From NCBI GenBank assembly GCA_051884115.1, contig JBJEVA010000098.1, positions 26,975 through 90,974 of the forward strand: 64,000 nucleotides of DNA, written 5' to 3'. Source of the stretch: Candidatus Coproplasma sp. (GTDB taxonomy: Bacteria; Bacillota; Clostridia; Christensenellales; Borkfalkiaceae). The notes under the pieces are model-generated. The model was not told the DNA's origin and ran no database searches. It was given only the letters and a program-made list of their open reading frames with translations. Positions 18,383-27,826 of the stretch are shown here, one piece after another (position 1 is the first letter of the stretch; each line of letters starts with the position of its first letter). A program made the position numbers and the translations under genes.

Positions 18383-18411
18383 TTTACTTTTTGGATATAA
18401 AATGATATAAT
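18383..18411 (+). promoter_or_regulatory. Promoter of the DUF1294 gene: TTTACT-N17-TGaTATAAT, 6 nt before the ATG
   Basis: -35 at 18383-18388 and extended -10 at 18403-18411; ATG at 18418; no SD. Confidence 0.5.
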
Positions 18412-18417
18412 TTAAGT

Positions 18418-18699
18418 ATGATTTACTTATATATTTATTTGGGCGTAATTGTTGGTATGGGGCTTTTGGCGTTTATAGTATATGGCGTCGATAAAGGCAA
18501 GGCGATAAGAGGCGCCTGGCGAATTCCCGAGGCCACCCTTCTTCTCCTTTCGGCTTTGGGCGGTTGCCTGGGCGGTACGCTTGCGATGTGCGTATTTCGT
18601 CACAAGACAAGGCATTGGTACTTCTGGGCGGTAAATATCCTTGCCCTCGTAATCTATATTGCCTTGCTGGTATTTATCTTAATTAAATTTGTATTTTAA
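18418..18699 (+). CDS. DUF1294 family small membrane protein
   Basis: YGVDKGKAIRGAWRIPE...GG.LG...FRHKTRH pattern. Confidence 0.75.
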   Translation: MIYLYIYLGVIVGMGLLAFIVYGVDKGKAIRGAWRIPEATLLLLSALGGCLGGTLAMCVFRHKTRHWYFWAVNILALVIYIALLVFILIKFVF

Positions 18700-18706
18700 C
18701 AACAAA

Positions 18707-18734
18707 ACAGACCCCGTGAAATAACGAGGTCTGT
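18707..18734. terminator. Hairpin terminator between convergent genes
   Basis: ACAGACCCCG / CGAGGTCTGT with a T-rich tail. Confidence 0.55.
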
Positions 18735-18775
18735 TAATTTATTTGCAAATAATTTATTATTAAACTCTGTCGGCA

Positions 18776-19330
18776 CTATTCAGTTGGTTGACAGCCTACC
18801 TTATTGTTTCGTTTTGCCCTTTTATTGATGATTAAATTGATTAGCAGATACCCAGCACAGCTTAGCGCAATTGTTAAAATATAGCCGATTGAATCTATTC
18901 CTACGTCACCGAACGACGCCGTTCTTCCGCCCACAAAATATTGGTGGAGTTCGTCAAGACATGCGTATAAAAAGCAGATTGCACAGGCGCTTAAAGAGAT
19001 ATAAAGCGGAGCAAGCTTAAACGAGGGGGTTTTAAACCCGAACACCGAAGCCGAGAATAAAAAGCTTGTTACGCCGAGCATCATATACAAAAACACGTGA
19101 GCAAGTTTTCTTATATTCAACCCGAAAGCTATCGGCACCGTTGACGAGGTTTCCCCCGGAGGAACTTCCTTATCAAGAATATCTATCACCACGTCGGCAA
19201 CGCTGTCGCTTGTGCTTGAAGACTTTTCAAAGTTCTGCCCCGAAAAGCTAAATATAATCGCCATTACTGCAATCATAGCTATTGCCGAAAGCACTACTTT
19301 TATAATTTGTATTTTTTTAGAGTTTGTCAT
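18776..19330 (-). CDS. VanZ-like family membrane protein
   Basis: KLAHVFLYMMLG and DELHQYFVGGRTASFGDVGIDSIG motifs. Confidence 0.7.
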   Translation of the reverse strand: MTNSKKIQIIKVVLSAIAMIAVMAIIFSFSGQNFEKSSSTSDSVADVVIDILDKEVPPGETSSTVPIAFGLNIRKLAHVFLYMMLGVTSFLFSASVFGFKTPSFKLAPLYISLSACAICFLYACLDELHQYFVGGRTASFGDVGIDSIGYILTIALSCAGYLLINLIINKRAKRNNKVGCQPTE

Positions 19331-19493
19331 TTATTTGTTAGCCTTTCTGCTCTTAACACAACGATAAAATATATTTTTATATTATCACTTTTATTACTTT
19401 TCGTCAATATTTTACAATGCAATCAAGTTGTTAAGACGATATTTGCCTAAGCTATCATTAAGAATTTTAAGACTTCAATGCCTGAATAAATTT

Positions 19494-19519
19494 AAGGGCT
19501 GTTCGTTTGAACAGCCCTT
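19494..19519 (-). terminator. Terminator after bcp
   Basis: AAGGGCTGTTC / GAACAGCCCTT perfect stem. Confidence 0.6.
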
Positions 19520-19539
19520 ATTGGATATGTTATACTCAC

Positions 19540-19998
19540 TTAACCCTCTAACAGTTTTAAAATCTCGTCGGCGTTGGTGTCGGGCTTTACCTTAGGCATA
19601 ACTGCCTGAATATTCCCTTGTTCGTCAATTAAGAAAGTTGTTCTTACAACGCCGAAACTTACCTTGCCGTACAACTTTTTCTCCTGCCATACCCCGTAAT
19701 CTTTAATTGCCGAAAGCTCGGTATCGGACAACAGCACAAACGGCAAATTGTATTTTGTAGCAAAGTTTAAGTGTGAGTTAACGCTGTCCTTACTGATACC
19801 TATTACCACTGCGTTTTTGTCTTCGATTTGGCTATTTTTAAGCGCAAAGGCGCAAGCCTGTCTTGTACAGCCGGGCGTGTTGTCCTTGGGGTAAAAATAC
19901 AAAACCACTTTCTTGCCGAGAAAATCCGATAAGGAAACCATATCCCCGTTTTTATCAGGCAAAGTAAATAAAGGTGCTTTCATTCCTACTTCTAACAT
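19540..19998 (-). CDS. bcp: Thioredoxin-dependent thiol peroxidase (Bcp/peroxiredoxin Q)
   Basis: FYPKDNTPGCTRQAC. Confidence 0.88.
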   Translation of the reverse strand: MLEVGMKAPLFTLPDKNGDMVSLSDFLGKKVVLYFYPKDNTPGCTRQACAFALKNSQIEDKNAVVIGISKDSVNSHLNFATKYNLPFVLLSDTELSAIKDYGVWQEKKLYGKVSFGVVRTTFLIDEQGNIQAVMPKVKPDTNADEILKLLEG

Positions 19999-20083
19999 AA
20001 ATCTATTCTCCTTGTCTATTCTTTAATTTTATTGTAGCATCTTTTTTGCTATTAAGCAAGTGTTAAAATTTTGTATATACAAA

Positions 20084-20111
20084 AAGGGCTTACCCTTACG
20101 GGCAAGCCCTT
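20084..20111. terminator. Terminator after ppdK
   Basis: AAGGGCTTACC / GGCAAGCCCTT flanked by A/T runs. Confidence 0.65.
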
Positions 20112-20126
20112 TTTATTATAATTTAA

Positions 20127-22847
20127 TTATTTGTTCTTTTTGCCGAAAAGGTTTTTAATGCCCTTTCCGATACTTTCCACCACTTTATCTACTTTGTCTT
20201 CGATGCTGCGGGGGTTCTTTATATTAGCCTGTGCTGCCGCAAGCCTTGCGATGGGTACGCGGTAAGGTGAGCAGGAAACGTAGTCAAGACCAATCTTGTG
20301 GCAGAATTCGATAGACGAAGGGTCGCCACCGTGTTCACCGCAGATACCGCAGTGAAGTTCGGGTCTTTCGCTCTTACCGAGTTTAACAGCCATATCCATA
20401 AGCTTGCCTACGCCGATTGTATCGAGACGGGAGAACGGGTCGCTCTCGTAAATCTTGCTCGAATAGTAGGAAGGCAAGAATTTGCCTGCGTCGTCACGGG
20501 AGAAACCGAAGGTCATCTGCGTTAAGTCGTTAGTACCGAAGCAGAAGAATTCAGCCTCTTTTGCAATCTCGTCGGCGGTAAGTGCGGCACGGGGAATTTC
20601 TATCATAGTGCCGACTTCGTATTTAAGGTCTATACCGCTTGCCTTAATAACGGCGTCTGCGGTTTCAACAACCGTCTTTTTAACGTATGCAAGTTCCTTA
20701 ACTTCGCCAACAAGGGGAATCATAATTTCGGGAACTACCTTCCAGGAAGGATGACGCTTCTGAACGGCAATCGCAGCCTTAATAACCGCGTTAGTCTGCA
20801 TAACTGCGATTTCGGGATAGGTTACGGTTAAACGGCATCCGCGGTGACCCATCATAGGGTTGAACTCGTGTAAGTCGGAAATAATCTGTTTAATCTGTGC
20901 AACGCTCTTACCCTGTGCCTTTGCCAAAGCTTCGATATCAGCTTCGTCGGTAGGTACGAACTCGTGAAGAGGGGGGTCAAGGAAACGGATAGTTACGGGC
21001 TGTCCTTCCAAAGCCTCGATAAGACCTTCAAAGTCTGCCTGTTGCATGGGTTCAATCTTTGCAAGAGCTACTTCTCTCTCTTCCTTTGTATCGGAGCAAA
21101 TCATCTCTCTGAATGCGCCGATTCTGTCGGGGTCGAAGAACATATGCTCTGTACGGCAAAGACCGATGCCCTGTGCGCCGAATGCTGCCGCCTGCTTAGC
21201 ATCCTTGGGGGTATCTGCGTTGGTTCTTACACCCAAAGCCTTATACTTATCCGCAAGAGTCATTATTCTGCCGAAGTAACCGGAGTTAGGGTCTGCGGGA
21301 ACGGTGGGAATAAGGCAATCGTAGATATTACCGGTAGAGCCGTCCAAAGAGAGAACGTCGCCTTCCTTGAATACCTTGCCTGCAAGAGTGAACTGTTTGT
21401 TCTCCTCGTCCATCTTTATATCTCCGCAACCTGATACACAGCAAGTACCCATACCGCGTGCAACAACTGCAGCGTGAGACGTCTGACCGCCACGAACGGT
21501 TAAGATACCCTGAGAATACTTCATACCCTCGATATCTTCGGGGGAGGTTTCAAGACGAACTAAAACGACTTTCTTACCCTTCTTGCCTTCTTCAACTGCG
21601 TCTTCTGCGGTGAATACGATAGTACCTGCGGCCGCGCCGGGAGATGCGGCGATACCCTTACCTACTACGTTGTTCTTATCGGCTTCCTTTAAAGCCTTAG
21701 CGTCGAACTGAGGGTGAAGAAGCATATCGAGAGATTTTGCGTCAATCTGCATTAAAGCTTCTTTCTCGGTTATCATACCCTCGTCGATAAGGTCGCAAGC
21801 AATCTTGATAGCGGCCGCCGCGGTACGCTTACCGTTACGGGTCTGAAGCATATAGAGCTTACCCTTTTCGATGGTGAACTCCATATCCTGCATATCGCGA
21901 TAGTGGTTTTCCAAAGTCTTGCAGACTTCGAGGAACTGAGCATAAACGTCGGGAAGAACTTCTGCCATCTTGGAGATAGGCATAGGAGTACGAACGCCTG
22001 CAACGACGTCTTCGCCCTGAGCGTTCATTAAGAATTCGCCCATAAGTCCCTTTTCGCCTGTAGCGGGGTTACGGGTGAATGCAACGCCCGTTCCGCAATC
22101 GTCGCCCATGTTACCGAACGCCATCATCTGTACGTTTACTGCGGTACCCCAGCTGTAAGGGATATCGTGGTCCATTCTGTAAATATTTGCACGGGGGTTG
22201 TCCCATGAACGGAATACTGCCTTGATTGCTTCAAAGAGCTGTTCCTTGGGGTCGGAGGGGAAGTCCTTGCCGAGCTGTGCCTTATATTCTGCCTTGAACT
22301 GATTTGCAAGGGTCTTTAAGTCTTCTGCGGTAAGGTCAACGTCGTATTCAACGCCCTTCTCTGCCTTCATATTGTCGATGAGCTTTTCAAAATACTTCTT
22401 GCCGACCTCCATAACGACGTCGGAGAACATCTGAATAAATCTTCTGTAACAGTCCCAAGCCCAACGGGGATTGCCTGACTTTGTAGCTATAGTTTCAACA
22501 ACTTCTTCGTTAAGACCGAGGTTTAAGATGGTGTCCATCATGCCGGGCATCGAAGCTCTTGCGCCCGAACGAACGGATACAAGGAGAGGATTTTCCTTAT
22601 CGCCGAACTTCTTACCGCAAATCTGCTCCATCTTGTCGATATAGCTCATTATTTCGGCTTTGATATCGTCGTTGATTTTTCTGCCGTCCTCATAGTACTG
22701 TGTGCAGGCTTCGGTTGAAATAGTAAAGCCCTGCGGTACGGGTAAACCGATATTGGTCATTTCAGCAAGGTTTGCACCCTTGCCACCCAAAAGCTCCCTC
22801 ATCTTTGCATTACCTTCGGTGAAAAGGTAGCAATACTTTTTTGCCAT
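20127..22847 (-). CDS. ppdK: Pyruvate, phosphate dikinase
   Basis: 906 aa; GGKGANLAEM, GGQTSHAAVVARGMG phosphohistidine region, C-terminal PEP-utilising domain; SD AGGAGG. Confidence 0.95.
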   Translation of the reverse strand: MAKKYCYLFTEGNAKMRELLGGKGANLAEMTNIGLPVPQGFTISTEACTQYYEDGRKINDDIKAEIMSYIDKMEQICGKKFGDKENPLLVSVRSGARASMPGMMDTILNLGLNEEVVETIATKSGNPRWAWDCYRRFIQMFSDVVMEVGKKYFEKLIDNMKAEKGVEYDVDLTAEDLKTLANQFKAEYKAQLGKDFPSDPKEQLFEAIKAVFRSWDNPRANIYRMDHDIPYSWGTAVNVQMMAFGNMGDDCGTGVAFTRNPATGEKGLMGEFLMNAQGEDVVAGVRTPMPISKMAEVLPDVYAQFLEVCKTLENHYRDMQDMEFTIEKGKLYMLQTRNGKRTAAAAIKIACDLIDEGMITEKEALMQIDAKSLDMLLHPQFDAKALKEADKNNVVGKGIAASPGAAAGTIVFTAEDAVEEGKKGKKVVLVRLETSPEDIEGMKYSQGILTVRGGQTSHAAVVARGMGTCCVSGCGDIKMDEENKQFTLAGKVFKEGDVLSLDGSTGNIYDCLIPTVPADPNSGYFGRIMTLADKYKALGVRTNADTPKDAKQAAAFGAQGIGLCRTEHMFFDPDRIGAFREMICSDTKEEREVALAKIEPMQQADFEGLIEALEGQPVTIRFLDPPLHEFVPTDEADIEALAKAQGKSVAQIKQIISDLHEFNPMMGHRGCRLTVTYPEIAVMQTNAVIKAAIAVQKRHPSWKVVPEIMIPLVGEVKELAYVKKTVVETADAVIKASGIDLKYEVGTMIEIPRAALTADEIAKEAEFFCFGTNDLTQMTFGFSRDDAGKFLPSYYSSKIYESDPFSRLDTIGVGKLMDMAVKLGKSERPELHCGICGEHGGDPSSIEFCHKIGLDYVSCSPYRVPIARLAAAQANIKNPRSIEDKVDKVVESIGKGIKNLFGKKNK

Positions 22848-23056
22848 AAAAATCCTCCTGTCTATATGTAAATTTTTATTTTTTACTATTTTAAAGCAGA
22901 TTGCATAAAACTCAACTTTTAATTGAATTATGCATACCCTACTAACTTTTTTATTATAATATAGTTTTTAATATTTTTCAAGAGCTTAACGTGATTGTTT
23001 TTAAAATATGTTGAAATTTTTTTATTTTTTTCGTTAGAATGTAAAACCAAACAAAA

Positions 23057-23081
23057 ACGGCACCTATAAAAATGGCGCCGT
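23057..23081 (-). terminator. Terminator after recO
   Basis: Minus strand ACGGCGCC-loop-GGTGCCGT followed by TTTTG. Confidence 0.55.
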
Positions 23082-23087
23082 CTGCAT

Positions 23088-23807
23088 TTATATTAAATTT
23101 AAATACTCTGCAAGGCTTAAAAGCTTTATATCCGTCTTGCTTAAAATATATTCGTTTAAGAGTTTTAACGCACGTTTTTTGCCCTCGGAATCAAGGTTAT
23201 CTCCGCACGATTTTTTATCCGCACAGAGAACTTCGTAGGTAATACCGCTGACGCCTACTCCGTTCGAGCAGTCCCAACAGGTGAACTCGCCCTCTTCCAT
23301 ATTAAACTTTAACTTACCCCTGCCTATTAAGCTTTCACCGCAGACGGGGCAGAACTTATTTAATGCTAATTTATAACCGCCCCTTTCTAACGCAGAGAGC
23401 AGGAAGTTTATTAGACAAATACTCTCGTCCTGAGAACACATATCCCTCAGAGCGCAGATGCAGTCTGTAAATATCCCCTCGGTGTTTTCCCCTTCGGCGG
23501 TGAGTGCAATCGCCGTTTCGCATACGGCGCATGACGCATAAAATTTATTTACGTCACAGCGGAGTTCGTAAAAGCTTTCACATTCGCTTGCCTGCGTTAC
23601 GGTGTATCTTCCACCCCTCTCCGCCAAAATATATTCGGCAAAACAAAAGGGCTGGGAGGCAAATTTTAACTTTGCTCCCGCCTTTCTCACTCCCTTTATG
23701 CCTGCCGTTATTCTACCGCGTTCAGCAGTTAAAAGGGTTAATATCTTGTCGTTTTCAAGATAGTCGGTAGAGCGCAACATAAGGGCGTTAACTTTTATAT
23801 TATCCAC
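23088..23807 (-). CDS. recO: DNA repair protein RecO
   Basis: OB-fold N-terminus, CxxC..CxxC zinc motif, conserved position after era; GTG start behind GGAGGG. Confidence 0.85.
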   Translation of the reverse strand: MDNIKVNALMLRSTDYLENDKILTLLTAERGRITAGIKGVRKAGAKLKFASQPFCFAEYILAERGGRYTVTQASECESFYELRCDVNKFYASCAVCETAIALTAEGENTEGIFTDCICALRDMCSQDESICLINFLLSALERGGYKLALNKFCPVCGESLIGRGKLKFNMEEGEFTCWDCSNGVGVSGITYEVLCADKKSCGDNLDSEGKKRALKLLNEYILSKTDIKLLSLAEYLNLI

Positions 23808-23837
23808 TTTCTTACACCCTCCGTTGCATTCGTAAAT

Positions 23838-23942
23838 TTACTTTTTTTGTAGCTCTTTCCAGAGCATATAGTAGCTGACAGAACCCGTCTTTTCAAACAT
23901 CTTCCAGGCGAGTTCCGCGGTGTCTTTATCCCTGTTTCTCAT
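23838..23942 (-). CDS. yqzL: YqzL-like micro-protein (34 aa)
   Basis: My own translation gives MRNRDKDTAELAWKMFEKTGSVSYYMLWKELQKK. GGGGG lies upstream. It sits between era and recO exactly as yqzL does in Bacillus, and is below the ORF-track size cut-off. Confidence 0.6.
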   Translation of the reverse strand: MRNRDKDTAELAWKMFEKTGSVSYYMLWKELQKK

Positions 23943-24003
23943 ACCTTTACCCCCATACATATATGTTGGGCAAACGTGAGATATTTATGACTTACCGTTG
24001 AAT

Positions 24004-24891
24004 TTAATTCTTTTTTCCGTAGCCCATATCCTGCATAAGCGAAGGGCGGTCGCGCCAATCTTCCTTGACCTTTACGTAGGTTGTAAGGAATACCTTTGCT
24101 CCTAAAAACTTTTCCATATCGGCACGTGCAAAGGAGCTTACTTCCTTAATAGCCGAACCCTGTTTGCCAATAAGAATTGCCTTATGATTTGCCTTTTCGC
24201 ATACGATATCGAGGTTGATATCATACACTCCGTTGTCCTGTTTTTTGAATACGTTTACAACTATTGCTACTCCGTGGGGGATTTCCTTATCGAATTTTAA
24301 TAAAATCTTCTCCCTCATAATTTCGGATATCATAAACTTTTCGCTCTTATCCGAAACTATATCGTCCTCTATCACTTTTTCGCCTTCGGGGAGAAGGGCA
24401 ATTATGCCGTCTAAGAGTTTTTTAAGGTTTATGCCTTTACGCGCAGAGACGGGATATACGTCGCACTCCACCCCTGCCTCGTACAGCATTTTTATATCGG
24501 CGGGGATATTCTCCCTCGGCATAATGTCTATTTTCGTATAGGCGATAATCATAGGCACGCCTACGCTGTCGTAACGCTTTATAAGCTCGATATCCGACTG
24601 ATTTATTCCCTCGTGTCCGTCTAACACAAAGAGTATTGCGTCAACGCCCTTAGAGGTCGTTTCGGTGGTCTTTTCCATTACCTGCGACAGAGCGTTTTTC
24701 GCCTTATATATACCGGGGGTATCGACGAAAACTATCTGATAATCCTCCTCGGTTAAAATGCCCATTATGGCGTCGCGAGTTGTCTGCGGTTTGGGGGAAA
24801 CGATTGCCACCTTTTCGCCCACAAGCACGTTTACCAAAGTGCTTTTGCCTGCATTTGCCTTACCTATTAAAGCTACGTATCCCGATTTCAT
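24004..24891 (-). CDS. era: GTPase Era
   Basis: GKANAGKSTL, DTPG, TKID, C-terminal KH domain. Confidence 0.95.
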   Translation of the reverse strand: MKSGYVALIGKANAGKSTLVNVLVGEKVAIVSPKPQTTRDAIMGILTEEDYQIVFVDTPGIYKAKNALSQVMEKTTETTSKGVDAILFVLDGHEGINQSDIELIKRYDSVGVPMIIAYTKIDIMPRENIPADIKMLYEAGVECDVYPVSARKGINLKKLLDGIIALLPEGEKVIEDDIVSDKSEKFMISEIMREKILLKFDKEIPHGVAIVVNVFKKQDNGVYDINLDIVCEKANHKAILIGKQGSAIKEVSSFARADMEKFLGAKVFLTTYVKVKEDWRDRPSLMQDMGYGKKN

Positions 24892-25358
24892 CAGTCCCTC
24901 TTTAATCCTAATTTACTTAAAACTCTCTCTTCCTTTGTACGCATCTGCACCTTATCTTCGTCCGTCATATGGTCGTAGCCCAAAAGGTGGCAGACGCCGT
25001 GGGTGACGAGATAGTTAAGCTCCCTTTCAAACGAATGTCCGTACTCTTCCGCCTGCTCCTTGGCAACCTCTTGACAGACGACAATTGAACCTATAAATAG
25101 GTTTCCGTTTTCGTCTGTGTCGTAGGGGTGTTCGGCTTTTACGAGCTTCTTTTCCCTAATCCCGTCCAACGTGGGGAAGGACAGCACGTCCGTAGGGCGG
25201 TCGATTTTGCGGAACTCATCGTTAAGGCGCTGTATGCCCTCTTTGTCGGTTATAACCACTTCAAGGGAGAGAGGGCAGTCCGCCTCGTACTCGCCGTCGA
25301 AGGCAGAGCTTAATGCAGAAAAATCGTATTCGTCGCATGATATTATGAGGTCTTTCAT
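24891..25358 (-). CDS. ybeY: rRNA maturation RNase YbeY
   Basis: HGVCHLLGYDH zinc motif. Confidence 0.9.
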   Translation of the reverse strand: MKDLIISCDEYDFSALSSAFDGEYEADCPLSLEVVITDKEGIQRLNDEFRKIDRPTDVLSFPTLDGIREKKLVKAEHPYDTDENGNLFIGSIVVCQEVAKEQAEEYGHSFERELNYLVTHGVCHLLGYDHMTDEDKVQMRTKEERVLSKLGLKRD

Positions 25359-25391
25359 ATTTTTACACGTCCTGAATTTTACGCTGAATTG

Positions 25392-26849
25392 TTATTTAAC
25401 CTTGCCGATTTTGAGTTTAGGGTATGCGATTCTCGAATGATATACGCCCGAAAGAGACTGAGCTATCGTACGGCTGATTACCGTTAAATCGCGCATAGTT
25501 ATGTTGCAATTTACAAACTGGTCGAGGTTCATTCTCTCTTCGATAAGTCCGCCGACAAGCTTTTCTATATTAGCTGTAGAACGGTCCGTAAGCGAACGCG
25601 TAGCGGCTTCCGCGGCGTCGGCTATCATAAGTATTGCCGAAATTCTGTTGGTAGGTACGGGACCTGCATAGGAGAAGTTTGCGATAGGCACGTCGCCGTC
25701 GCTCATCTTAAGAGCCTTAGCATAGAAATACTTTATGGGCAGAGTACCGTGATGTTCAATCGCCGAATGTGCAATAAATTCGGGTAGGTGATATTTTTTT
25801 ATGAGCTTTGCGCCGTCCTTTGTATGCGCCCTTATTATGTCGGCGGAAAGCTCCGGCGTGAGTTCGTTATGAATGTTTTTATCCGATTGGTTTTCGGTAA
25901 ACATCTCGGGAGCTTTGAGCTTGCCCACGTCGTGATAGAGTGCCGCCGCCCTTGCGATTTCGCCGTCCTCCCCTATTGCCACCGCACACGCTTCGGCAAG
26001 CTGTGATACGACAACAGAATGGTTGTAGGTTCCGGGAGCTTCGTTTTTAAGCTTTTTCATTAAAGGTGCGTTGGGCGCAGTGATTTCACGCAGGCGGAAG
26101 GTGGTGAGTTCTGCAAACACAAACTCGAAGAAGGGCAGAAGCACCAAATATAAGATTGTGGAGAAACCCGCACCTAATGCACCGTAAGCAAGCAACATCC
26201 AATTGGGGGAGGTTGTGTTAAGCAGTATTTCCATAACGGCAATTATAAGTTCGATAGGCATAAGCAGTACGAACACCGTTAACACACTTTGAACCCTTGT
26301 TTTAACCTTATGCGAAATAAAGATTACGAGGGTACCTGCACAGAATGATATTAAAAGGCAGGAACAGTACTGCCAAATATCCTCCGCACCCGAAGTCGCG
26401 ATAATGACGTCAACGTTAATGTTTAAGTCCATTACGAAGATAATCAAGGCGTTGATTACGTTTAAGAAAACCGCTTCCTTTCTGCCTATGAGCGTTGCGC
26501 ACATTACCGCAAAGAAACCGAAGGGACGGGCGTTTGCGTTTAAATAATGCGTTATTAAAAAGCTGATTACTAACGATAAATCTAAGAGAATAAAAATCTC
26601 AAACTGCCTGGGAATTTTTGTTAAAATTTCCCTGCTTTCAAAATAAATATAGCCGAAAGTTATGGCGGACAGGAAGAGTACCGCCGCCACGGTAAACAGC
26701 GTTTTATCGTAATTTTTCGCAATATATGAGAATGCGTTGTCTTGATTTATAGACAGCATTCCGAACGCTATACCAAGCAATAATATTACGTTTAAAGCGA
26801 ACGTCAATATGCTTAACGCTATTTGTTTTTTAGTCAGTTTTATTTCCAC
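25392..26849 (-). CDS. pgpH: 7TM-HD phosphohydrolase (PgpH/YqfF-like, possible c-di-AMP phosphodiesterase), short form
   Basis: Seven hydrophobic spans followed by an HD domain (YNHSVVVSQLA, LYHDVGK). It sits between phoH and ybeY, as in Bacillus. Confidence 0.8.
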   Translation of the reverse strand: MEIKLTKKQIALSILTFALNVILLLGIAFGMLSINQDNAFSYIAKNYDKTLFTVAAVLFLSAITFGYIYFESREILTKIPRQFEIFILLDLSLVISFLITHYLNANARPFGFFAVMCATLIGRKEAVFLNVINALIIFVMDLNINVDVIIATSGAEDIWQYCSCLLISFCAGTLVIFISHKVKTRVQSVLTVFVLLMPIELIIAVMEILLNTTSPNWMLLAYGALGAGFSTILYLVLLPFFEFVFAELTTFRLREITAPNAPLMKKLKNEAPGTYNHSVVVSQLAEACAVAIGEDGEIARAAALYHDVGKLKAPEMFTENQSDKNIHNELTPELSADIIRAHTKDGAKLIKKYHLPEFIAHSAIEHHGTLPIKYFYAKALKMSDGDVPIANFSYAGPVPTNRISAILMIADAAEAATRSLTDRSTANIEKLVGGLIEERMNLDQFVNCNITMRDLTVISRTIAQSLSGVYHSRIAYPKLKIGKVK

Positions 26850-27813
26850 TGTTATCTCTCCCGACGTTCTGCTTGTCGTATGCGCGAACTATTCGCATTA
26901 CAAGACTGTTACGCACAACGTCTTTATCCGTAAGGTTGATTACTGAAATCCCCTCTACTTCCTTTAAAAGTCCCACCGCGTGAATAAGACCGCTCTTCTT
27001 GCCTTCGGGTAGGTCGATTTGGGTCGTATCGCCCGTTATTACCATTTTGCTACCGTCGCCTAAACGGGTTAGGAACATCTTCATCTGTTCCTTTGTGGTA
27101 TTTTGAGCTTCGTCCAAAATTATAAATGCGTTGGAGAGCGTTCTGCCCCTCATATACGCAAGGGGAGCAATCTCTATGGCTCCCTTTTCCATAAGCTTAC
27201 AATAGCTCTCAACTCCTAACATCTCCTGCAAGGCGTCGTATAAGGGGCGGAGATAGGGGTCAACTTTTGTCTGCAAATCGCCGGGGAGGAAGCCCAACTT
27301 TTCGCCTGCCTCCACAGCAGGACGGGTGAGTATAATCTTTTCAACCTGCTTTTGCTTGAAGGCTTGTACGGCAAGACAGACTGCAAGGTAGGTTTTGCCC
27401 GTACCTGCAGGACCTATGCCGAAGACTACCGTGTTCTTTTTAACGGCGTCAACGTATGCCTTTTGACCCACCGTCTTGCACTTTACGGGCTTACCGCGAA
27501 ACGTTACGCCCACAGTGCCTGAGGAGAGCTTGCATATATCCGAAGCTCTGCCGTCCTTTGCAAGCTCTACGCAGTAAGTCGCCCTGCCTGCATCGATTCT
27601 CTCACCGCTCTCGGCGAGAATTATTAAATTTTTGAAAACGTCCATTGCAAGATGCACGTTCTCGTCGTTGCCCTCTGCAATTATATGATTGCCCTCTACC
27701 CTGCATAAAACCTGCAATTCACGCGATACGGCGTTAAGATTTTCGTCAAACGAACCCAACACCTTAGAAAGACATTCAACACTGCTAACGGCAATTTTTC
27801 TTTCGACTTTCAA
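26830..27813 (-). CDS. phoH: PhoH-like ATPase (YqfE/PhoH)
   Basis: GPAGTGKTYLAV, ILDEAQN. Confidence 0.9.
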   Translation of the reverse strand: MKVERKIAVSSVECLSKVLGSFDENLNAVSRELQVLCRVEGNHIIAEGNDENVHLAMDVFKNLIILAESGERIDAGRATYCVELAKDGRASDICKLSSGTVGVTFRGKPVKCKTVGQKAYVDAVKKNTVVFGIGPAGTGKTYLAVCLAVQAFKQKQVEKIILTRPAVEAGEKLGFLPGDLQTKVDPYLRPLYDALQEMLGVESYCKLMEKGAIEIAPLAYMRGRTLSNAFIILDEAQNTTKEQMKMFLTRLGDGSKMVITGDTTQIDLPEGKKSGLIHAVGLLKEVEGISVINLTDKDVVRNSLVMRIVRAYDKQNVGRDNSGNKTD

Positions 27814-27826
27814 CAGCCACCTCTTG

